Position numbers and translations under genes: made by a program. 64,000 nucleotides of DNA. It comes from Spirochaetaceae bacterium (GTDB lineage: Bacteria; Spirochaetota; Spirochaetia; DSM-2461). Below are positions 12,443-21,641 of this stretch, piece by piece. Under the pieces are notes generated by a model, which saw only the letters and a program-made list of their open reading frames with translations, made no database searches and was not told the origin of the DNA. Location of the stretch: NCBI GenBank assembly GCA_051531975.1, contig JAOPTT010000013.1:96001-160000 (forward strand). Direction: 5' to 3'. Numbering within the stretch: the first letter of the stretch is position 1; each line of letters starts with the position of its first letter.

Positions 12443-12667
12443 TTAAACTGATTCAACACTCTTTACTTCAGGTATCTCTTTTTTTAAGAAAGCTTCAACA
12501 CCTTGTTTAAGTGTTACTTGTGCCATAGGACAACCATTACAAGCTCCTTGAAGTTCTACCATAACAGTACCATCTTCTTTTACTTCTACTAGTTTAATAT
12601 CTCCACCATCAGCTTGTAGAGAAGGTCTTACCTGCTCTATAGCCTTAGCCACTTTTTCTTCTAACAT
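12443..12667 (-). CDS. NifU C-terminal domain (Nfu-type) Fe-S carrier protein
   Basis: VRPSLQADGGDI and LQGACNGCP (CxxC); AAGGAG SD. Confidence 0.9.
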   Translation of the reverse strand: MLEEKVAKAIEQVRPSLQADGGDIKLVEVKEDGTVMVELQGACNGCPMAQVTLKQGVEAFLKKEIPEVKSVESV

Positions 12668-12877
12668 CTTTTCTCCTTGTATTCATATGCTAGTATAATT
12701 TTATATACTAACATTGGTTGCATAACTAATCAGTAACATTTGTTACAATTAAGCAATATTGATTGGCGAGCAGGGATTTATCCCGACTAGCCCTTGATAA
12801 TTAATATATAATAATCTATTTAATGACAAATGAAAATATATTATATATACTCAAATATAACAAAATAAGGAAAATAT

Positions 12878-13645
12878 ATGGGAAAAATCATTGTTTTTGC
12901 TAATCAGAAGGGTGGTGTAGGTAAAACAACTACAACTGTGAGTCTTGGAGCTTACCTTGCTGAAAAAGGAAAAAAGACACTTTTAGTAGATTTTGATCCA
13001 CAGGGAAATCTATCAAGTTCTCTGGGTATCGATGGCAAACTAGCTGGTATTTATGAAGTTATAATGGGTCAAGTAGAAATAAAATCGGCTATTAGAACAA
13101 CTAATGACGATAATTTATTTATTCTTTCATCAAATATTAACTTATCTGGTGCTGCTATTGAGCTTGTTAATGTTGATAAGAGAGAATTTTACTTAAAAAA
13201 AGTTCTAGATACTATTAAAAATGATTATGACTATATTTTAATTGATTGTCCTCCATCATTAGGTATAATCACATTAAATGGTTTTGCAGCGGCAGATAAA
13301 GTTATAGTCCCATTACAATGTGAATTTTTTGCATTAGAAGGTTTTTTTAAGATGTTATTTGAGACAATAAAAAGAATTCAAAAGACCTTAAATCCATCAT
13401 TAACAATAGGTGGCATTGTCTTTACTATGTATGATTCAAGAACTAGATTAGGGAATGATGTAATAAACAAAGTTAAATCTGTTTTTATTAAACATCCTGA
13501 ATTAATATTTGATTCAGTTATTCCAAGAAATGTAAGATTATCTGAAGCTCCTTCACATGGTATAACAATAAATAAATATGCTCCTAAATGTTCGGGAGCT
13601 ATTAGTTATGAAAAATTAGCAAAGGAGGTTATAGAACGTGTCTAA
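12878..13645 (+). CDS. parA: Chromosome partition ATPase ParA/Soj
   Basis: NQKGGVGKTTT, DFDPQGN, IDCPPSLG, IPRNVRLSEAPSHG. Confidence 0.96.
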   Translation: MGKIIVFANQKGGVGKTTTTVSLGAYLAEKGKKTLLVDFDPQGNLSSSLGIDGKLAGIYEVIMGQVEIKSAIRTTNDDNLFILSSNINLSGAAIELVNVDKREFYLKKVLDTIKNDYDYILIDCPPSLGIITLNGFAAADKVIVPLQCEFFALEGFFKMLFETIKRIQKTLNPSLTIGGIVFTMYDSRTRLGNDVINKVKSVFIKHPELIFDSVIPRNVRLSEAPSHGITINKYAPKCSGAISYEKLAKEVIERV

Positions 13646-14483
13646 AATGAGCGCACTAGGGTCTGGTTTAGATTCTTTAATAGTAAATATGGAAAGTGAT
13701 GAAAGTGGTTTCAATGAGGTTAGTTTATCACTTGTTAAAGCAAATCCTTATCAACCTCGTAAGGAGTTTTCAGAAGAATCTATAGCAGAACTTTCTGAAT
13801 CCATTAAAAGCTGTGGTGTTATACAACCAATATTAGTTGAAGAGAGTTTAAATGGTGGTTATACCATAATTGCTGGTGAGAGGCGATATAGAGCTTCAAA
13901 ATTAGCTGGTTTAACAACAATACCTGTTATTGTTAAAAATATTTCGGAAGAAGAAAAATTAGAAATATCTTTAGTAGAAAATATTCAAAGGGAAGACTTA
14001 ACCGCAATTGAAGAAGCAAAAGCTTATAAAAAACTTATGGATTCCCTTAAATTAAATCAAGAAGAAGTGGCGCATAAAGTTGGAAAAAAAAGATCAACTA
14101 TAAGTAACTCTATAAGATTATTAAATCTTCCTGATGATTTACAACAATCTGTAAATATAGGTGAACTAAGTGCTGGTCATGCTAGAGCTCTTTTATCTAT
14201 AGATAAACCAAATATTCAAAGGTCAATTTTCAATAAAATAAAAGAGAATAAACTTTCTGTTAGAGCTACAGAAAAAATGGTTAGTGATTATAGTTCTGAA
14301 AAAAAAGAAATTAAGCATATAAATAAAAGAATAGATCCTGATATTCAATATATTGAACAGCTTTTTATTGATGCCTTAGGTACAAAAGTTAAATTAAAAG
14401 GAAATATTGAAAAAGGAACTGTAGAAGTTACTTATTTTTCAAAAGATGATTTAAATAGAATAGTTGACCTCTTATCAAAGTAA
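13638..14483 (+). CDS. parB: Chromosome partition protein ParB/Spo0J
   Basis: ALGSGL, NPYQPRK, AGERRYRA, ENIQREDL, HTH; GTG start overlapping parA. Confidence 0.96.
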   Translation: MSKMSALGSGLDSLIVNMESDESGFNEVSLSLVKANPYQPRKEFSEESIAELSESIKSCGVIQPILVEESLNGGYTIIAGERRYRASKLAGLTTIPVIVKNISEEEKLEISLVENIQREDLTAIEEAKAYKKLMDSLKLNQEEVAHKVGKKRSTISNSIRLLNLPDDLQQSVNIGELSAGHARALLSIDKPNIQRSIFNKIKENKLSVRATEKMVSDYSSEKKEIKHINKRIDPDIQYIEQLFIDALGTKVKLKGNIEKGTVEVTYFSKDDLNRIVDLLSK

Positions 14484-16259
14484 TTTTAGGGTATTTTTAA
14501 TATAAAGATAATCATTTTTAGTTATCATTATGCCTTTATATGCGTATTCTAATAAGATCTTTAATGTTTTTTCATTGCCTTTTATTTTTTTATTCCATAA
14601 AACCCATCCTATATCTTTAGGATGGGGTATTTTTTTTCTTTTGCTTATTTTTATTATTTTTAATAAATATTTATTTTTATTTAATATATATATAAATATT
14701 ATTACTGTTATTATAACTATAAATAGTGTTAAAAATACTGGGAGATAATTTTTTTTATAATCTACCTTTTCTTCAAGTTTATTATCTTCAGGTTTACTTA
14801 AATTATTATTTTTTTTAACTATTCTATTATTTTCTCTATAAAGCGGAGGAGTAACCTCAAAAGTTTCCCATCTACCATCAATAAATACTTCAGGCCATAA
14901 ATGAGAATTTTTTTCAGTTATGATGTGCTCTGTATTAAACATATAATTATTTTCAATATTTGGAATATCGACTAAATAACCTGATATTTCTCGTGTTAAT
15001 ATATCATTTTCAGTTGCTAATAATATAAATGATCTTGCAAAGTGTATACAAAACCCAGTTTTTGTCTCAAATAAAAACTTTGATATATACTCTCTATCTT
15101 CTTGGGTTTCTAAACTATAAACATAATTATTAAAAAGATATTTCCTTATATTGTTAATAGTTTCTCTATCTGTTTTGCCTTTTAATGATTCAGCTAACTT
15201 TTGCATTCTATCTGATAGTTCGGGTTTATTAAGAATAAATTCTGTTTCATCTACATAATTTTTACTTATAATTAACTTTATTTTATCAGCTTTTGAAAGT
15301 GGTAAACTAAGTTTTAGTGTTTTATCCATATTATTTGGATAGTCAAAGCCAGATATATTAGTTGTTTCTAGGGTCGTAGGAATAATAGGTAAAAAATCTG
15401 CCATAACAGTTAATTCTATATATTTTGCATTTTTATTGTCTATTTCTAATTTTTTTGATAGTTCATAATTTTCATATTTATTGTCTATTTTCATTCTAAG
15501 ATAAAATCTATCCCCAGGATATCCAGTAATCTTTAGAAGAGCACTTGTTGTTAATATTGGAGGTTTTCCACTGTTACTTGCGTAGGGTCTACTTAGACCG
15601 GGTATAGATGGCATTAAATTAAAAGATTTAAAGTAAGTATTTAATACCTTTCTTATATTGTAAGAACTGTTATTAACTAATTTTGATTCTTTTTGCGTTG
15701 AATTATTAAAAATTAATAGACTGAGATAAAATATAAAAATAATAAAAAGTAATATGGGCAATATTTTTCTAAATTGTTTTGTATAAATTAGTTTAAATAC
15801 AAGAAATATAGGTAATAGACCTATAATAATTATAAACAAAAAGCCTTTATTAAATAAAAGTGCAGCAAATAGGACTAAAAACATAATTAAAAAGAATATT
15901 GATTGAAAGCTGTTTCTTTTATTAAACATACCTAGAAAAAAACCTAATATGAAGCAAATAAGGTATATTAATATAACTGTTATATGACTGTCGGGTATTT
16001 TATTTTGAATAAATTGAAACCATGTAATGTAAAATGATAGAGGTATAATAATTAAATTAGCAATAAATATGAATAAAACTATAATTGTTATTATAAATTC
16101 AATATATCTATTTTTTATATAAGTATAAAATAAAAAAGATCCCAAAGATATTAGTAAAGAAAATATATATAGGCTACTTATTCTAGAAAAATATACAGCT
16201 GTAATTGCTCCAGCTATAGATAAAAGTATTGTTAAAACATATCTAATTATTTTATACAT
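14475..16259 (-). CDS. Membrane transglutaminase-like domain protein
   Basis: Multiple N-terminal TMs; GFCIHFA, HLWPEV, WETFEVTP (Cys-His-acid triad pattern); third gene of a MoxR/DUF58 trio. Confidence 0.8.
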   Translation of the reverse strand: MYKIIRYVLTILLSIAGAITAVYFSRISSLYIFSLLISLGSFLFYTYIKNRYIEFIITIIVLFIFIANLIIIPLSFYITWFQFIQNKIPDSHITVILIYLICFILGFFLGMFNKRNSFQSIFFLIMFLVLFAALLFNKGFLFIIIIGLLPIFLVFKLIYTKQFRKILPILLFIIFIFYLSLLIFNNSTQKESKLVNNSSYNIRKVLNTYFKSFNLMPSIPGLSRPYASNSGKPPILTTSALLKITGYPGDRFYLRMKIDNKYENYELSKKLEIDNKNAKYIELTVMADFLPIIPTTLETTNISGFDYPNNMDKTLKLSLPLSKADKIKLIISKNYVDETEFILNKPELSDRMQKLAESLKGKTDRETINNIRKYLFNNYVYSLETQEDREYISKFLFETKTGFCIHFARSFILLATENDILTREISGYLVDIPNIENNYMFNTEHIITEKNSHLWPEVFIDGRWETFEVTPPLYRENNRIVKKNNNLSKPEDNKLEEKVDYKKNYLPVFLTLFIVIITVIIFIYILNKNKYLLKIIKISKRKKIPHPKDIGWVLWNKKIKGNEKTLKILLEYAYKGIMITKNDYLYIKNTLKLL

Positions 16260-17368
16260 ATAATTTCTACTAACTCCGATAGTTTATTTATCATTTTGGA
16301 CAGTTGTTCTTGCTTTATTGGATCTAAATTTGTTGTAATAATATAAATAGTAAGTTTTTTACTGTTTTTTATATAATCCAAATCAAAGAAAAAGTTAGAT
16401 TCAAAAGTTGTAATTAAAATTATTCTATCTGACTCTTTATAGTTTTGTGTTTTGTAATTAAGTTCAGTCTCATAAACAGTTTGATCAAATTTAATATTAA
16501 TTGAATCCTTATATAACTTCTTAAAATCTGTTTCATTTGTTATTGGCAAACTACATATATTAATCTTAGTTTCTCTGTTGTTTTCAATATTTTTACTTAT
16601 TATTGATAAAGCTGTTTCTATAGATAAGTCATCAGTAGGGCCTAATCTATGGGCAGGAAGAGTAGTACAATCTAAAAAAATATATGTATATTGTCCCTCT
16701 TCTGATAGATACTTTCTTATATATGGTTCTCCTCGGGATGCTAAATGTTTCCACGATATTTGTGACATTTTTGAACCAGGAATATATTTATCAATTGAAT
16801 CAAGATAATCAGTATATTTATTATCCTTAAAAATTGAGTTGTTTTTATTTTCTCCAGAACCATTTTTATCACTATATATATTTTTGTTTATCATAGGATA
16901 AACATAAAAAGTTCTAGGCCAAAATGATAATTTAAACTCAAATATATTCAGTATATCTCTACATACTATATTTTTAATACCTACATCATAAATACCTCTA
17001 TATGGAAGATAAAAATTCGAATAGATATGTTCTGACTCAGTATTTTTAATTTTTGGATTTAAATTATCTAGTTTTATATTATCATTAAATGAAATCTCAA
17101 TAAAACATGGTGTAATTGGTAAATAATTCTCTATGGTTAATTTATATTCTATATTTTGACCTTTCTGTGGGTGCTCTGTAGAAAATTGCTGATAATAATT
17201 TATACTATTTATAGAAGTAATATAGTGTATTAAATTACTTATCAGAATTAGAGTCAAAAATATATAAACAAGCCTAAAATATCCTCCAATATAATTTCCT
17301 AATAGAAAAACTAAAGTCCAAAAAAGAGTATAAAATATGAGATTTTGTATTTTAACTGTTAATTTCAA
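16247..17368 (-). CDS. DUF58 domain protein
   Basis: RGIY, VYP, Y.PG....ISWKH.A motifs; TTG start overlapping the moxR stop. Confidence 0.8.
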   Translation of the reverse strand: MKLTVKIQNLIFYTLFWTLVFLLGNYIGGYFRLVYIFLTLILISNLIHYITSINSINYYQQFSTEHPQKGQNIEYKLTIENYLPITPCFIEISFNDNIKLDNLNPKIKNTESEHIYSNFYLPYRGIYDVGIKNIVCRDILNIFEFKLSFWPRTFYVYPMINKNIYSDKNGSGENKNNSIFKDNKYTDYLDSIDKYIPGSKMSQISWKHLASRGEPYIRKYLSEEGQYTYIFLDCTTLPAHRLGPTDDLSIETALSIISKNIENNRETKINICSLPITNETDFKKLYKDSINIKFDQTVYETELNYKTQNYKESDRIILITTFESNFFFDLDYIKNSKKLTIYIITTNLDPIKQEQLSKMINKLSELVEIICIK

Positions 17369-18300
17369 TTGATTCCTACAGGAATAGCAATTTTTTTTAG
17401 TATTTCAGATATTATAAGATTTATAGATTTATTATTTAATATAGCCTCTGATGTAAGTTGAATCTTATGTGGAAAGACTCTTTTTACACTATATATAACA
17501 TCTTCTGGAATCAAATAATCTCTATCTGAAAATATTGCTTTGCTTTGGGAAAATTTAATTAAGTGTTTTAATCCCCTTGTACTTAAACCATATTTGACAT
17601 CTGTATGATTTCTTGTTTTATTTCCAATATTTACTATATATTCAAGAACATCATCACTTATATTTACAGAATGAACATATTTTATCAAACTAGTTATTTC
17701 TGAAATATCTGAAACTTTATTAACATTATCTACAGGCTCAATATTTTTAAAATCTAATAAAATCTTTTTCTCATTTTCAATAGATGGATATCCAGGTTTT
17801 ATTAATATTCCAAATCTATCAATTTGTGATTCTGGCATATCAAAGGTACCTAGATAAAAAGATGGATTTTTTGTAGCAATAACTATGAAAGGATTTGGTA
17901 GGGTAAAACTTTTACCATCAATTGATACTGTTTTTTCTTCCATAGCTTCTAAAAGAGCAGATTGTGTCCGTGGTGAGGCTCTATTTATCTCATCAGCTAG
18001 AATTAGTTCGCTAAAAATAGCACCTTTTTTAAGATTAAATTGTCTTTGTACAGGATCCCATATAGTCATACCGGTTATATCACCTGGTAAGAGATCAGGT
18101 GTAAATTGTATTCGTCCTAGTTCTAATCCCGCAGATTTAGCTAAACATTTAACAAGAGTTGTTTTTCCTACTCCAGAAATATCTTCAATTAAAATATGTA
18201 ACCCAGCAACAAATGCAAGAACTGCATCTTCTATTACAGTAGAATTACCTATAAATCCCTTTGAAGTCTCAATAATTAGTTTTTCAATAATACTTTTCAT
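17365..18300 (-). CDS. MoxR family AAA+ ATPase
   Basis: GVGKT, RIQFTPDLLPGD, LADEINRASPRTQSALLEAM. Confidence 0.93.
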   Translation of the reverse strand: MKSIIEKLIIETSKGFIGNSTVIEDAVLAFVAGLHILIEDISGVGKTTLVKCLAKSAGLELGRIQFTPDLLPGDITGMTIWDPVQRQFNLKKGAIFSELILADEINRASPRTQSALLEAMEEKTVSIDGKSFTLPNPFIVIATKNPSFYLGTFDMPESQIDRFGILIKPGYPSIENEKKILLDFKNIEPVDNVNKVSDISEITSLIKYVHSVNISDDVLEYIVNIGNKTRNHTDVKYGLSTRGLKHLIKFSQSKAIFSDRDYLIPEDVIYSVKRVFPHKIQLTSEAILNNKSINLIISEILKKIAIPVGIN

Positions 18301-18331
18301 AAATATAATTATATACTAATTCCATAACATG

Positions 18332-18360
18332 TTGACAAAAAATGATGATTTTAGTACATT
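18332..18360 (+). promoter_or_regulatory. Sigma70-type promoter of the tRNA-Ser cluster
   Basis: TTGACA (18332-18337) - 17 bp - TACATT (18355-18360). Confidence 0.7.
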
Positions 18361-18376
18361 AACGATGCAATTTAAT

Positions 18377-18461
18377 GGAGAGGTGTCCGAGTGGCCGATG
18401 GTGACGGTCTTGAAAACCGTTGTGTGTAATAGCACCGAGGGTTCGAATCCCTCCTTCTCCG
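18377..18461 (+). tRNA. tRNA-Ser (anticodon TGA)
   Basis: Acceptor GGAGAGG/CTTCTCC, anticodon arm ACGGT-CTTGAAA-ACCGT, long variable arm, GGTTCGAATCC; CCA not encoded. Confidence 0.96.
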
Positions 18462-18480
18462 ATATTTAAATTATTTTTAT

Positions 18481-18567
18481 GGAAAGGTGCGAGAGTGGCT
18501 GAACCGGGCTCCCTGCTAAGGAGTTGTACCCGTAAGGGTACCGGGGGTTCGAATCCCCCCCTTTCCG
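18481..18567 (+). tRNA. tRNA-Ser (anticodon GCT)
   Basis: GGAAAGG/CCTTTCC, GCTCC-CTGCTAA-GGAGT, long variable arm, GGTTCGAATCC; CCA not encoded. Confidence 0.96.
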
Positions 18568-18600
18568 TTTTTTTTTATAACAAACTTTTCGACGAGAAAA

Positions 18601-18692
18601 TGTTTGTCAATAATTGATAAAATTGTCGATATTCTTAATGTTTGTCAATAATTGTAAAAATTGTCGACATTCTTTGTGTTTGTCTACATTTG
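18601..18692. repeat. Tandem repeat, 38-bp unit (~2.4 copies) built from 19-bp-spaced TTGTCNAY cores
   Basis: TGTTTGTCAATAATTGATAAAATTGTCGATATTCTTAA / TGTTTGTCAATAATTGTAAAAATTGTCGACATTCTTTG / TGTTTGTCTACATTTG. Confidence 0.85.
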
Positions 18693-18733
18693 AAAATATA
18701 GAAATTTTGTAAACTTTTCTTATTTTTATACAT

Positions 18734-18818
18734 GGACAGGTGTCCGAGTGGCCGAAGGAGCACGCTTGGAAAGCGTGTGTATCGCAAGGTACCGAGGGTT
18801 CGAATCCCTCCTTGTCCG
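18734..18818 (+). tRNA. tRNA-Ser (anticodon GGA)
   Basis: GGACAGG/CTTGTCC, CACGC-TTGGAAA-GCGTG, long variable arm, GGTTCGAATCC; CCA not encoded. Confidence 0.96.
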
Positions 18819-18823
18819 GATCC

Positions 18824-18950
18824 AAGCCTCTTTAACTACATCCAGGAGCTTTAATAATGACTTTCACCTAACTCCGCCAGGACTGGAAGGTAGCAACGGT
18901 AAGTGAAATGTTATTGTTTAAAGTAAGCCTGGGTGTAGCTAAAGAGGTTT
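18824..18950 (+). ncRNA. ffs: Small signal recognition particle RNA (4.5S)
   Basis: Domain IV core CCGCCAGG-ACT-GGAA-GGT-AGCAACGG in a long hairpin (AAGCCTCTTTAACTACATCCAGG / CCTGGGTGTAGCTAAAGAGGTTT), then a T run; typical position before dnaX. Confidence 0.92.
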
Positions 18951-18970
18951 TTTTTTAGTAGTATAAATCT

Positions 18971-20725
18971 ATGGCATATGAAGTAACAGCTAATCGAAGA
19001 CGACCCCAACTATTTAAAGACCTTGCAGGACAAGAATTTGTAGTATCTACCCTTACTAGTGCTATCTCATCAAGTAGAATTGCTCATGCATATCTGTTTT
19101 CTGGACCAAGAGGAGTTGGTAAAACATCTTCTGCTAGAATTTTAGCAAAATCTCTTAACTGTAAAGAGGGCCCTACAGCACTTCCTTGTGGTGTTTGTAA
19201 TAACTGTAAAGAAATTACAATTGGTAGTTCTATGGACGTTATAGAGATAGATGGAGCTTCAAATACTAGTGTTAATGATATCAGAGAAATAAAAGATGAA
19301 GTACTTTTTGCTCCTAGTGGATCAAAGTATAAGATTTATATCATAGATGAGGTTCATATGTTATCTAATAGTGCTTTTAATGCACTGTTAAAAACTATAG
19401 AGGAACCACCAGCTTATATAATTTTTATTTTTGCTACTACAGAAATTCACAAAGTTCCAGCAACAATTAGAAGTAGATGCCAGCAATTTAATTTTAGACT
19501 AATTCCTACAGAAACTTTAAAAGAACTTATTATAGAAGCATGTGATGAAATGCGTATTAAATATAGCGATGATGCAATTTATTGGATTGCAAAGGAAGGG
19601 AATGGTTCTTCTAGAGATGCCTATACTCTTTTTGATCAGATTGTATCTTTTTCTGGAGATGAAATTACTTTAGAAAAAATTCGTGAAAAATTGGGACTTG
19701 TTGGCTTAGATAATTTAAATGATTTAGTTGACGCAATGGCAGATAGAGATGCTACCACAGTATTAGATAAATGTGACTATATACTAATTTCAGGGGTTGC
19801 AGTTGAACAATTTATTGTCGATTTAGCAGAATACTTCAGAAATTTACTATTTTTATCCTATGGAATAACAAAAGAATCGTTATTAGGCTGTTCCAGTGAT
19901 AGGTTTTCTAAAAAAGCGATCGATAGTTTTACAGTTATTCAGTTAGAACATGGTGTTGAACTAATACTAAAGCTCTACAAAGATATAAGATACTCTGTTA
20001 ATCCAAGGTTTGAACTTGAACTACTATTAAGCAGACTTTCAACTTTAACAGATTTTATATCAAATAGTGAAATTTTAGATAAGATAAAGATTATTAAAGA
20101 ATCAATCTCTGGTGGAAACTTTACACAAGAACAAACAGTGATGTATGGTTCAAAAATTGAACCTGAAAAAAAAAAAATTATAAATGAAGTTGTAGTTAAA
20201 ACGGAACCAGAATCCGATAATCCCGCAGCACAATTTTTTAATAAATTTAAAACATCATCAAGGTCTAAAACAGAACCAACATCAGAGCCAATACCAGTTC
20301 CTTTAAATAGTAGTATAACAATTCCTGAGACTTCACCTACTATCAAAGAAGAGACATATTCAGAACCAGATCCATTACCTGTCACTTTTGACAAAGTTTC
20401 ATCTGGAGTTAGTGTAGAATCTTTAAAAAAGAATATTATAAGGAAACTTAGAGGTAGTTCTATTACATTAGCATCAACTTTAGAAAAAGCAGAAATATGG
20501 GATAGAGAAGGTTCAAATATTGTTTTAACTTATAAAAACTCATTTGAAGCTGCTTTAGTAGAAAAAGAAAAAAATAAAATTGTAGAAATTTTACGAGAAT
20601 TAGATAGTAGTATAATTAGTATAGTAATAAACAGAGGTGTTAAAGATGTTATAGAAGAGAAAGCCTCTATTAAAGATGATCATATTGAAAAAATATTAAC
20701 AATGTTTCGTGGAGCTATTGTTTAG
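18971..20725 (+). CDS. dnaX: DNA polymerase III subunit gamma/tau
   Basis: HAYLFSGPRGVGKT, Zn Cys motif, EIDGAS, IIDEVHML, SRC. Confidence 0.98.
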   Translation: MAYEVTANRRRPQLFKDLAGQEFVVSTLTSAISSSRIAHAYLFSGPRGVGKTSSARILAKSLNCKEGPTALPCGVCNNCKEITIGSSMDVIEIDGASNTSVNDIREIKDEVLFAPSGSKYKIYIIDEVHMLSNSAFNALLKTIEEPPAYIIFIFATTEIHKVPATIRSRCQQFNFRLIPTETLKELIIEACDEMRIKYSDDAIYWIAKEGNGSSRDAYTLFDQIVSFSGDEITLEKIREKLGLVGLDNLNDLVDAMADRDATTVLDKCDYILISGVAVEQFIVDLAEYFRNLLFLSYGITKESLLGCSSDRFSKKAIDSFTVIQLEHGVELILKLYKDIRYSVNPRFELELLLSRLSTLTDFISNSEILDKIKIIKESISGGNFTQEQTVMYGSKIEPEKKKIINEVVVKTEPESDNPAAQFFNKFKTSSRSKTEPTSEPIPVPLNSSITIPETSPTIKEETYSEPDPLPVTFDKVSSGVSVESLKKNIIRKLRGSSITLASTLEKAEIWDREGSNIVLTYKNSFEAALVEKEKNKIVEILRELDSSIISIVINRGVKDVIEEKASIKDDHIEKILTMFRGAIV

Positions 20726-20733
20726 GAGATTTT

Positions 20734-21057
20734 ATGGATTTTAACCCAGCAGATTTAATGAAAAATATTCAAAGTATGCAAACACAAATGAAAGATGTAC
20801 AAGGAAAACTTAAAACATTAAATGCAACTGGAACATCAGGTGGTGGTCTGGTCAAAATAGAAATAAATGGAGAAATGGAAGTTACAAATGTAACACTTGA
20901 TCCAATTGTTGTTGATTCTAGAGATATCGAAATGTTGCAGGATCTTATAATTGCAGCAATGAATAGTGCTCAGTCAAATATAAAAGATATAATACAGAGT
21001 GAAATGGCTGATAGTACAGGTATTAATATGCCATTTGACCTAAATGGATTTAAATAA
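20734..21057 (+). CDS. ebfC: Nucleoid-associated protein YbaB/EbfC
   Basis: SGGGLVKI, LQDLIIAAMNSA; between dnaX and recR. Confidence 0.93.
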   Translation: MDFNPADLMKNIQSMQTQMKDVQGKLKTLNATGTSGGGLVKIEINGEMEVTNVTLDPIVVDSRDIEMLQDLIIAAMNSAQSNIKDIIQSEMADSTGINMPFDLNGFK

Positions 21058-21641
21058 TGGACTCATTTAATGATTTAGTTAGTTCATTTTCATCACTTCC
21101 ATCTATTGGTAAAAAAAGTGCTTCAAGATTAGCTTATTTTATTTTAAAAAGTGATATTAAAATTGCACAAAAACTTGCCCATGATCTTTTAAATATTAAA
21201 GAACAGATAAAAAACTGTTTAATTTGTGGAACTTATACAGAGAATGATCCGTGTGAAATTTGTTCAGCATTAAATAGAGATAAAGTTATTTGTGTAGTAG
21301 AGCAATCTCAAGATGTTTATATGATCGATTCTACTGGAGAATATAATGGATATTTTCATGTATTAAATGGGGTATTATCGCCATTAAATGGGATAGGTCC
21401 AAAAGAGCTTAGATTGGATGCGCTAGTTGAAAGAGTAAAAAATCACAATATGGAAGAAGTTATCATTGCTACAAATCCAACTATAGAGGGTGATACCACT
21501 GCTCTATATATTGTTAAACTCATCGAAGAGTATAATGTAAAAGTTACTAGAATTGCTTCAGGGATGCCTGTAGGTGGAGATATGGAATATATTGATAAAC
21601 AGACATTAAGTCGATCATTAAGAGGCCGTACAGCTCTATAG
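21057..21641 (+). CDS. recR: Recombination mediator RecR
   Basis: HhH, CLIC...CEIC zinc finger, Toprim EVIIATNPTIEGD. Confidence 0.97.
   Translation: MDSFNDLVSSFSSLPSIGKKSASRLAYFILKSDIKIAQKLAHDLLNIKEQIKNCLICGTYTENDPCEICSALNRDKVICVVEQSQDVYMIDSTGEYNGYFHVLNGVLSPLNGIGPKELRLDALVERVKNHNMEEVIIATNPTIEGDTTALYIVKLIEEYNVKVTRIASGMPVGGDMEYIDKQTLSRSLRGRTAL

Noticed and set aside
12761..12795. ZTP riboswitch or tRNA fragment upstream of parA/nifU
   Set aside because: GATTGGCGA resembles the ZTP 5' motif, but the downstream CGCCTGGG pseudoknot partner is absent; there is no TTCRA T-loop or cloverleaf
14475..18300. MoxR-DUF58-transglutaminase trio as a novel system
   Set aside because: This is a well-known, widespread gene arrangement
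18601..18692. Possible mini-CRISPR array
   Set aside because: Units are directly tandem with no unique spacers, and there are no cas genes in the window
18420..18825. Track ORFs 18420-18617 (+) and 18607-18825 (-)
   Set aside because: They overlap clear tRNA-Ser genes and the repeat, so they are spurious translations
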